NCBI GenBank assembly: GCA_002269645.1
Contig: NIVC01002945.1
Span: 1-46,212 of the forward strand
DNA: 46,212 nt
Direction of reading: 5' to 3'
From: Macrostomum lignano
Taxonomy: Eukaryota
Position numbers and translations under genes: made by a program. Under the pieces are notes generated by a model. The model did no database searches, was not told where the DNA came from, and saw only the letters and a list, made by a program, of their open reading frames with translations. Positions 36,658-46,212 of this stretch are shown piece by piece. The first letter of the stretch is position 1. Each line of letters starts with the position of its first letter.

Positions 36658-39600
36658 TGTCTTGAATTCAACTTATTCAAGTATGGCAGCTATGGCTGTA
36701 TGGCCAAGCTTAGATAAGGCAGAAACAGTTGTTAAAGTGGCAAGGAAGAGTCCAAAGATTTAAATGGTGACAAGTTTAGTACCAGTATCAGTATGTACGA
36801 GCGTAGTGGTACTATCCTATTGCTATTTGTATTTGATAGCTGGATTTAATTTACACTAGGGCCTACTCAGTCATTATCAGCAGTATCATGCAGCACTTTG
36901 TTATCGCAGGCGCAGCCTAACTGAAACTGACTGGCTAATTTGAATACCAGAGTTTAAATGTTCAATACCACCTAGCAACTATTTATGTTTGTATTCAAAT
37001 ACAAAGTTTAAGGTTTCTGAAGTATAGGCCAATAGTTTTTAGTTAAGTAAAAGTTACAACCTGGAACGGCTTCGGGCCAGCCAGAAAGCCAGGATGATGT
37101 GATTTTTTATGCCCAGTTTCTTTTAAAATACGATTTCAAACTTCACACTAGTTTCAAATAATTAGAAAGTATAACAAAAAATGCATGGTAATTACGAGAT
37201 ACAACAGTATATCGTTAGGTTTTTTTAGCTGTCGATTGTTAAGAAAAGCATTTTAGAATCACATAAAGGATCAAAAATTTATTGCTATCTAGCCTCAATC
37301 CAAAAATTACATTTTTACAGCGAAGCAGTAACTACGATTACCCAATACACATGGTATACAGTCCTAAAAAACAGCGCTAAATTACTAAACCCACATTAAA
37401 TAAACAGCTATGAATATCAATAGAGCTATTAGAAAAGAAAAACCCATCAGAAGCTGAACATTGGCTCTGCGCACCTCCTATCAAAAGCGATTACATGTAT
37501 ATAATAATGATTTTTGTGCTGAAGAAATCTCTAACTATAAAAATCAAAACTTAAAAATATAAAAAATCTATATATAATAATTAAATACGCCTCGCCTCTT
37601 TTCGTAATGTAAATTTTTCGGTAGAACCTGCCTCCTAAAATTTTCCAAGAATAGTTCCCCTTCCTACTCAGTTTATTTGTTGCATGCAGCCTACTAGCCA
37701 GAATCAAAATCTGCAGAATCTCCATGGCACAGTTCAGGGAGCTACATTACATGTATATAATTAGGGCGCATACGCGCCACACACTTTAGTAATTAAATGC
37801 ACGGATACATGAAAGAAGGGCGGTATGCATGCTATTGTGTGAGTTTTGTTTTGTAATGTGTCGATTGCATGCCTGCTGCACTGCACTCATTTTTCACCAA
37901 TTGTACTTTATGTACTTTACATGTACATCACGTGTATCCCTCTCTGCATGTACATGATGTACATGCATACGTATTTCCTACTCGCCTGTGTCAGTGTACA
38001 TGTAAAAAAATTCAAGCCTGCAAGATAACCTTAGATTTTAGCAGCTAGGCAACCTATTACGACTGGCTTGTGTTACCACACTGTGATAAAAGTTGAAGCG
38101 TTAAATTTTTGGTCAAACAAGTCCGTGGCGGAACGGGCGCATTGCAGTTTGGAATCGTCAAGAATAAATTGATCATCATGAATCAGCCACAATGACGTCT
38201 GCTGATGCACTAATCTGTTGATAGCTGAAATTATTTTTTGCTTGCTGATACGTGTAGCTGGGGCGCCATGGGTTCTAGCTGCGCCATTGGTTCAGCTACA
38301 TGTAAATGTATACTGAAATACATGCAAGTACGTGCATGTATGGCATAAAATACCCAAAGGCGCAAATCTTTTCTAGCACTTACAATTCATTATCATTATA
38401 TCGCGACCACGGGCAGCTAGAACCATGCATGGACTACTAAAGACTCTGGACTGGGAAACAGCCGCACAGAGTCAGTTGGGCCGGCTTTTGTCGTCAACTG
38501 CCGCAGAATCAAGAAGGCAAGCAGGCAGGCACTGCAGGACCCTCTCATCTTCCAGCTCAATTGGTCAATTAGTACCAAAATATAATATTGAAATTAATAT
38601 TGCTAATTAGACTTCACGACATGCTTGTGATTATCAGTCCAAGTCGTCGGAAGTCCATGACAGAATAATTTCTGCACATCTGCGCCTCATGGCGGCAGAA
38701 TTAATGCGGCAAATTCAGTATTGCATAGCATATAACAGTTATTAATAAGCAGTGGGCCCAGCATGCGCGGAATTCATTACCTGCAGAGACCGCCGGAGCG
38801 TGTTGCGAGGAGTTCAAAGCAGCGGCGTGGAGGGCCACAGATCTGTTAATGAGTTTGGCACCGAGCATTCCCGAAAATCGTCTTCAGCTGGGCTGTGGCC
38901 TACAAAATTTCACTTCTTATTTACTGCTCTCTTGTTTTTTCTCTGGCTCCTGTATCAGTCTACAGTATCATTCTGTATCATTCTGTATCATGCTCCTGTA
39001 TCACTCTTAGTTAGAAACTTCTTACTAATCCCGTCAAACTCTACTTCTCAGTCTCCAGAGGGTCTCACTCTACTTCTCAGTTTCCAAGAGAGTCTCACTC
39101 TATTTTTTAGTCTCCCAGAGAGTCTCACTCTACTTCTCAGTCTCCCAGAGAGTCTCACTCTACTTCTCAGTCTCCCAGACAGTCTCACTCTACTTCTCAG
39201 TCTCCCAGAGAGTCTCACTCTACTTCTCAGTCTCCCAGAGAGTCTTACTTTACTTCTCAGTCTCCCAGACAGTCTTACATTACTTCTCAGTCTCCCAGAC
39301 AGTCTCACTCTACTTCTCAGTCTCCTAGAGAGTCTCACTCTACTTCTCAGTCTCCCAGACAGCCTCACTCTACTTTCCAGTCTCCCATAGAGTCTCACTC
39401 TACTTCTCAGTCTCCCAAAGATATCTCACTTTACTTTTCAGTCTCCATAGAGTCTCACTCTACTTCTAAGTCTCAGAGAGTCTCACTCCACTACTCAGAC
39501 TCTCAGACAGTCTCACTTTACTTTTCAGTCTCCCAGAGAGTCTCACTCTACTTCTCAGTCTCCCAGACAGTCTCACTCTACTTCTCAGTCTCCCAGAGAG

Positions 39601-40259
39601 TCTTACATTACTTCTCAGTCTCCTAGAGAGTCTCACTCTACTTCTCAGTCTCCCAGACAGCCTCACTCTACTTTCCAGTCTCCCATAGAGTCTCACTCTA
39701 CTTCTCAGTCTCCCAAAGATATCTCACTTTACTTTTCAGTCTCCATAGAGTCTCACTCTACTTCTAAGTCTGCCGGGTCTGTCTGCTGTCTCCCCTCAGG
39801 AGTCCACGGCCGTCCTGCACGTAATGGCGTGGTGAACTATCTGTGCAGTATGAGACTGGTATGGCCTTTATCCCAGCCAGCGATGCTCACACCTGCCTCC
39901 CCTGGCGGGCTGATAGCTCAAGAGACTCTGTCTCCTGATTTTCACCTTGCAAGGCGCACTTCGAAGGGTACTCGTCCCGTGGGTGTTAAGGCAGGCCCCC
40001 TTGGGCCCTGCCGAGCTGATTCGTTGGCGCCGGGTCCTGGTGTGACCATAAACGCACCCTCTAATGTCCCAGTGTAACTCCGTGCTGATGGACGCTTGGC
40101 CAGAGAGTAGTCTGGTCGCTAACGGTTCCCCTTGCGCTTTTGGGTCCCCCCGCAGGGTGGTATTTTGCTTTTTGGGGGCCTGCCGCTTGGTTTGGGGTTG
40201 CGGCCTTGCGGCTCTTTGCCTGTTTTCTGCAGGAAGTCCCACCTTTTTACTTCCAGCCA

Positions 40260-41680
40260 ATGGCTTCTAACCGAAGTAACAAACCGGCTGTGGATGACAC
40301 AGTGCCTCCGGCCTCGGCTGGGGCCGTGGACTCCTCGGCCATACCACCTGCTACCATCGGGGACGCCTCGGCGAGACCCGTGGAGCCAACTCTGAGCGGT
40401 GCCTCCGAGAAGACACCTGCTACTCCAGCTGCTAAGAAACGCAGCACCACCTCTGGAGCTGCCCGCCGTCGACTTAACAAGGCGAGGCGGGCCAAGGAGG
40501 GCGGAAGCCAAACCGGTGCCAGGGGCCAACGGCCCGCGGCAGCGGAAGCTTCCCAGTCTGGGGCGGTGGCGGAAGAGGGCCTCGAGCCCACGGAAGCCCC
40601 TGCCCAGGATAGGGAGGCCGATGCAGCCAGGAGGGTGGACAGCCCACCTGAAGAAAGCTCCACTGACCCCCGGGCCTCCTACGCTGATGCGGCAAAGAGG
40701 CAACCGGCGGTTGTCATCCTGGGAAAGGACGCGCGCCTGTCTCCCGATCAGCTGAAGCAGGTGAGAAGTGCCGTTGATGGCCTCCTGTGGAAGCAAACTC
40801 TGAAGGGCACGCCTCTGAACATTCATTCGAATGCGACGAGGGACTCGTGCCTTCTCATTTGGCCCAGTGATGCTGACTCGGGTCGGCGGCTCCTTGAGCT
40901 GCTGCCGAGCAGAGCTGGGACCTCAACCTAGCCTTCTGCAGAGAGGACGAGCGCCCCCGGACCAAGAGGCATCGAATCTGGGTCCCGGCCAGGAGCGTTG
41001 TTACCTCTGCTGACGAGCTCCGGAAAGGACTGCTAGCAGTCAACCGGGAGCTTCCCGCCGCGGGCCTAGTGGTGCATGACACCCTTAAGCGCACCGACGG
41101 CACTGGCTTCACAGCCATCCTGGGGCTGTCGGACGCCTGGATGAGGCGTTATCCACACGGCAGCTTCATCAACGTCGGCCTTTGGAAGCTGCGCATCCGC
41201 TCCTACGAGGCCGACCCTCCCCGTGGCAGTGAGCAGGGCGGGCGGGATGCGGAGGCGGCCGGGGCCGAGGCGCAAGCCTCTGCTCAGACTGCCAAAGCAA
41301 ACCGCCCTGCCCGGCAGCACGGCCGCGCGGGCAAAGCTGAGCGCGCTGCTGAGGGCGGAGGCGACCGACGCCCGGCGCGCAGCACCAAGCGGCGCGGCCT
41401 GTACCAGCGTGCAGCTGAGGCAGTCCGTACCGCCAAAATCTCCCAGCTGAGGCGAGAGGTCGCCGGGACGCCTAGGCGCACCAGTTCGTCCAGGGAGGGT
41501 GGGGACGTCCCAGCTGGGCCCAACCCCTCGGGGCAGGGCCGACTGGAGACGGACCGCCTGCCCAGGCGGCTGGCTGCTCCAGGGCATTGGGCCAATCTGA
41601 GGCGGAGGACCCCATGGATGGTGGGCAAAGGGCGGCGAACGCTGCCTACTGCCTTCCGGCCAATCGGGGCCTTTTGCTGA
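40260..41680 (+). CDS. LINE ORF1 (one frameshift near 40905)
   Basis: MASNRSNKP...ASYADAAKR...; after the shift QSWDLNLAFCREDERPRTKRHRIWVP...LLAVNRELP...GLWKLRI. This resembles the DUF4780-type ORF1 of LOA-like elements (inference). Confidence 0.7.
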
Positions 41681-41773
41681 AGAAGAGCCCATGGACACCG
41701 GCGACCCCGACCCGAAGCCGGTGAGCGCCGAGGAGGAGGAGGAACTCCTGGCGGCTGCAACATCCGATCTGCA

Positions 41774-44700
41774 ATGATGCCAGCGACTACCTGGTGTCTG
41801 CAGATCAACACCCAGCACTGCGTGGCGGCGTCGGTCAACCTGATGCGCACGGCAGAGCAACAGCTTCCGGGCCTGGTCTTCGTACAGGAGCCCTGGATGA
41901 CTAAAGGTAAGCCAAATAATGTGCCATCTGGCTACCACTGTTTTTGCATGGCGGGCTCTCAGCCTCGCCCAAGATCTCTGGTCTTTGCTGCAAAAGCTTT
42001 TGAGGCATGGATGAGACCTGATCTCTCGACTGGGGACATCTGTGTTGTTCAAATCAATAACCTCATTCCTAATAAAAACCTGTGCTGGTAGCTTCTGCCT
42101 ATTTCCCGGGCGATGCCCCAGTTGTCTGCGACGCGTTAGTCAACCTTACTGACTATGCTGCGTCCCATCGGTTCGAGCTGCTCATTGCAGGGGATGTGAA
42201 CGCACACCACCTGCATTGGGGCAGCAAGAACATCAATAGCAGAGGCGAGGAGCTGCTGGCCTATGTCAGCAGCACTAACCTCAACTTCTGTAACGTGGGC
42301 AATGCACCAACGTTCAATAATGGGCGGTGGGCCGAAGTCATCGACACCACCATCGCCTCACCCGGACTGCTTTCCGCAGTTACGGGCTGGCGAGTGTGGG
42401 ACGAGGACTCGCTCTCGGACCACCGCTTTATCCGCTTTTGCATTGGGCCGACCAAGCAAAAGCCTAAGGTCACTTGGAGTCGGAACGTCAGGAACACCGA
42501 TTGGGCCGCCTTTGGCTCGAAGCTGAGCCGCGGCCTTCGGGATCTTGACCCCCCCAGTGACCTCTCTGACTGCCAGGTGGTGGACGATCTCGCCTCCTCC
42601 CTGGGCGGGGCGATCACCACTGCCTTTGAAGCAGCCTGCCCCCTAAAGGCCTATAAAGGCAAGAAATCTGCTCCCTGGTGGAACCCAGAGCTCGGGCCCC
42701 TTCGGCGCCGAGCCAGGACCCTCCAAAGGCGAGCGCTCAAAACCAAAGACCCATCTGACAGAGAGGCCTATACCCGTGCGATCCACGAGTTTAAGGGCCA
42801 AGTCAGAAGGGCCAAGACGGCCAAGTGGCGCCAATATTGCGAAGGGCTTGAGGGCTCTCGCCCCGTAGCCCGCGTGGTTAAGGCACTCACTAATGACCGT
42901 TTTTCTAAACTCTCTGTTGTGAAGAGACCTGACGGCTCGGTCACAGAGAGTTCGGAAGAGACTCTAGAGCTCATGCTCAACAGTTTTTTCCCTAAATCTC
43001 CGACTCAGCAGGGCCCGCCCGACCACACAGTGGGAGGGCAAGGCCTAGCAAAGTCTATGATCACCAAAGACCGCATTATTAGAGCGGCAAGGTCCTTTAA
43101 CCCGTTCAAGGCGCCTGGGCCCGACGGCATCTACCCAGCGTTCTTGCACGAGGCGGTGAAAAACCACCGCTTCCTGGACCTGCTCTGTCGTCTCCTTCGA
43201 GCTTGTATGGAGCTGGGCTATGTACCAGTTGCATGGAGAGAGGCCCGGGTGGTCTTTATCCCCAAGCCTGGAAAGAGCGACTACCAATCGGTGAAGGCCT
43301 TCAGGCCTATCAGCCTCACTTCTTTCTGCCTCAAGCTCCTCGAGAGACTGGTGCTTTGGCGCCTACTTTCGGTCGAGCTGAAGCGCTTCCCACTCTCGCA
43401 GAACCAGCACGCCTTCCGCGCGGGCAGGTCAACCGAGAGTGCTCTCCATGTCATTGTTGACTTCCTGGAGAGGGCCGTTCTTGGCAGCGGCTTTGCCCTC
43501 TCGCTTTTCCTGGACATTGAGGGGGCCTTCGACAACGTCATCTTCGAGGCCTTTTGCAGAGCCCTGGAATCCACGCGCCTTGTCCGGTGGATCATGTTCA
43601 TGATCCGAAACCGCACTGTTGTGGCCCACCTGAGCGGCAGCTCTCTTTCGGTGCCTGTCCTGAAAGGGGGCCCCCAGGGCGGCGTTCTCACCCCCGTTCT
43701 CTGGAACATGGTCATGGATGAGTTGCTTTGCAGTGATCTCCACGACCCCATTCTCAAGGTGGGCTATGCCGATGATGTGACCGCGATATGCGCGGGCCCC
43801 TCGGTTGATACCATCAGAGACCTTCTGCAGGGCTTTCTGGGACGAGCGGAGCGTTGGGCAGACCAATGTGGCCTTAGACTCTCAGAGTCGAAAACCACAG
43901 CAGTCATGTTTACCAACAAACTGCTCTGGACCATTAAGCCCCTCACCCTCTATGGAAAGAATATTTCCATGGAGAAGCAGGTCCGCTGCCTGGGCCTCAC
44001 TCTGGACCACAGGCTTAACTGGACTCCGCACATTCAAACTAAAGCCAAAAAAGCCCTGGCTGTACTGGCTCAGATCAGGCGCGCCGTGGGCACCACCTGG
44101 GGGCTCACCCCCAGGAAGCTGTGGTGGATTTACACTGCCATCATCCGCCCCTCGATCAGTTACGCCAGCCTCGTGTGGGCTAGCGGCCTGAGCGTCAAGA
44201 GCAACCTCGACGCTCTCTACAAAATCCAGGGCAGAGCCTGCCGCATGACTATGGGCGCTCCACCCTCTACTCCTTTTGAAGGCATGAATGCCTTCCTCTG
44301 TGCCCCTCCTTTGGATATTTATATCAAAGGAGAGGCGGCGAAGAGCACCCGGCGTCTTCTGGATGCTGGGGTGGCCTTCAAGAAAGTGCGGGCCTTTAAG
44401 AAGCGGTCGCTTATCCCGCACTCTGACCTCTGCCTCAAGGCTCTCGAGGAGTGTGGCGGGCTCAACATCCTCACGGACTCGATCCCAGCCACCCTTCTCC
44501 TGAGCCAAAGGTATAAGGTCACCATTCAGCCTCGACACGAGGCGAGTGACAGCTGGAGCGACTCTGAAGTCCACTGTTACACTGACGGCTCTATGAGGCA
44601 TGGTCTTTCAGGCTTCGGAGCTTGCGTCTTCTTCAAGGGAGAAGTGGTGTGGAGCTACTCCCAGCACACTGGGCTCAACTCCAGTGTTTTTCAGAGCGAG

Positions 44701-45467
44701 GTGCTTGCCATCAGCTCCTGCGCGGCAGAGCTGCGCCGAAGGCAGCTTAGCGGCCGGAAATTTATTTTTCACTCTGACAGCCAAGCAGCCCTTCGGGCCC
44801 TCTGCCGCAGCACCGCCAGCTCCAGGTCCGTCCTGGACTGCAACACCCAGCTCAACGGGCTTGCGCTAGGCAACCAGGTGGAGCTCAGATGGATCCCGGG
44901 CCACGCCGGCTTCCTCGGCAACGAGCGCGCTGACCTGCTGGCCAAGGCTGGCTCCGCCGGCGCGCTTTGGGGCCGGGCCCGGGTGCCCCCATCCCCGCCT
45001 CGGTGATCAATTCCCGCGTTAAGCGCTGGGCTGACTCCGAGCATCTCCGCAGGTGGCACGACACCCGGAATTGTAGGCAATCCCGTGCTGCCGTCCCCTG
45101 TCCCTCTCCTCTCCTGCGTAGAGCCCTCCTCAGGCTCAACCGCAGAGACCTCAGAGCAGTTAGCATGGCCCTCTCCGGGCATGGCTGCTTCTCTCGCCAC
45201 CGCTTCCTTCAGGGCCAAGTACCCGAGGAGCGGTGCCCCTTCTGCCGCTCAGGCAGTGAAAACGCCGAGCATTTTATCTGCCACTGCCCGGTTTTCACCA
45301 GGGCCAGGCTTACTCACCTCGGGCCAAACCCGGTTCTCTCCGACGTTTGCAGGCCCGAGAGCATCCCGCTGCTCGCCCGGTACCTCAGGGACACCGGACG
45401 AGCTGATTTCTTCCCCACCGTCGGTGAGGAGGACCGCGCTGCAGGCGAGACCGACGGGTCCCCCTGA
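41774..45467 (+). CDS. LINE ORF2: AP endonuclease, reverse transcriptase, RNase H and CCHC knuckle (frameshifts near 42075 and 44967)
   Basis: APE: LQINTQH, VQEPW, GDVNAHH, SDH. RT: KAPGPDG, FRPISL, QHAFR, LDIEGAFD, PQGGVL, YADD. RNH: YTDGS, SDSQA, WIPGH.GNERAD. Knuckle: CPFC...ENAEHFICHC. Confidence 0.92.
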
Positions 45468-46212
45468 GCGACACCACTTCAACGGAAGTCGTTGGTCGCC
45501 AGGGGCTAGCGGAATGGGCGGTCTCCTCCGCCTCCTCGCTGCATCCGCCGGACGCCCCCTGCAGCTAAGTCAAGTAAGTCAAGACTTCTAAGTCTCAGAG
45601 AGTCTCACTCCACTACTCAGACTCTCAGACAGTCTCACTTTACTTTTCAGTCTCCCAGAGAGTCTCACTCTACTTCTCAGTCTCCCAGACAGTCTCACTC
45701 TACTTCTCAGTCTCCCAGACAGTCTCACTCTACTTCTCAGTCTCCCAGAGAGTCTTACATTACTTCTCAGTCTCCTAGAGAGTCTCACTCTACTTCTCAG
45801 TCTCCCAGACAGCCTCACTCTACTTTCCAGTCTCCCATAGAGTCTCACTCTACTTCTCAGTCTCCCAAAGATATCTCACTTTACTTTTCAGTCTCCATAG
45901 AGTCTCACTCTACTTCTAAGTCTCAGAGAGTCTCACTCCACTACTCAGACTCTCAGACAGTCTCACTTTACTTTTCAGTCTCCCAGAGAGTCTCACTCTA
46001 CTTCTCAGTCTCCCAGAGAGTCTCACTCCATAGCAGATCGCATTTCCCAAATCCGTCACCAGTTTCCAGTCATCACAGACCGCCATTCCGCAGGTGCATT
46101 AATCAGCACCTGCTCAACACTTGACCAAAGCCTCAAAGACTCGCAAGAAGGTTTAGCTAGAAATAAATTACGAGCCGTAAGCTCATCAATCACAAGTCCT
46201 GTGGCGCACCTG

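Larger units (their letters stand above)
39772..45583 (+). mobile_element. Full-length non-LTR retrotransposon (APE-RT-RNase H, I group, LOA/Lian-like), 5812 bp
   Basis: The 12-bp TSD acttctaagtct lies at 39760-39771 and 45584-45595. The element has two ORFs, a 3' tail of taagtcaagtaagtcaag and no LTRs. Confidence 0.93.
39040..46030. repeat. 30-bp minisatellite with higher-order structure, split by the LINE (39040-39771 and 45584-46030)
   Basis: Unit agtctcactctacttctcagtctcccagag; the same order of variant monomers recurs at about 39361, 39661 and 45811. Confidence 0.95.

Noticed and set aside
38271-38424. 12-bp inverted repeat (ggttctagctgc/gcagctagaacc) suggesting a MITE
   Set aside because: It is too short, has no clear TSD, and no second copy is present in the window.
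38781-38868. Minus-strand exon-like MLGAKLINRS...VSA ending at CAG|GTAATG
   Set aside because: No phase-compatible downstream exon was found; it may be 5' UTR or chance.
42060-42095. Programmed ribosomal frameshift in LINE ORF2
   Set aside because: It falls inside the APE domain beside an A-run, and two other indels exist, so error or decay is more likely.

Overview
Eukaryotic, intron-containing genomic DNA with GC-rich exons, AT-rich spacers and many kb-scale intronic minisatellites. The style resembles a repeat-rich invertebrate such as the flatworm Macrostomum (inference only). Host genes: the 3' end of a GH63/YMR196W-like glycosidase (+), an intronless CAP59/GT69-like glycosyltransferase (-), a 3-exon NUP62 (+), a 3-exon COA1-like gene (-) and a 9-exon TMEM145-like gene (-), plus orphan exons and a frameshifted C-type-lectin-like segment. 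Mobile DNA: (i) a 6.24-kb element (15192-21435) with 42-bp TIRs and an 8-bp TSD. It holds a broken PHD-FLYWCH-MULE transposase together with Polinton/adintovirus-like cargo: an ORF with parvovirus-type PLA2 motifs, an integrase N-terminal stub, a penton-like C-terminal stub and small orphan ORFs. (ii) A full-length 5.8-kb APE-RT-RNaseH LINE with a 12-bp TSD inside a minisatellite. (iii) A 5'-truncated, divergent relative of it, also inside a minisatellite and with the same 15-nt tail. (iv) An RTE fragment. All family assignments come from recognising motifs by eye; no database searches were run.
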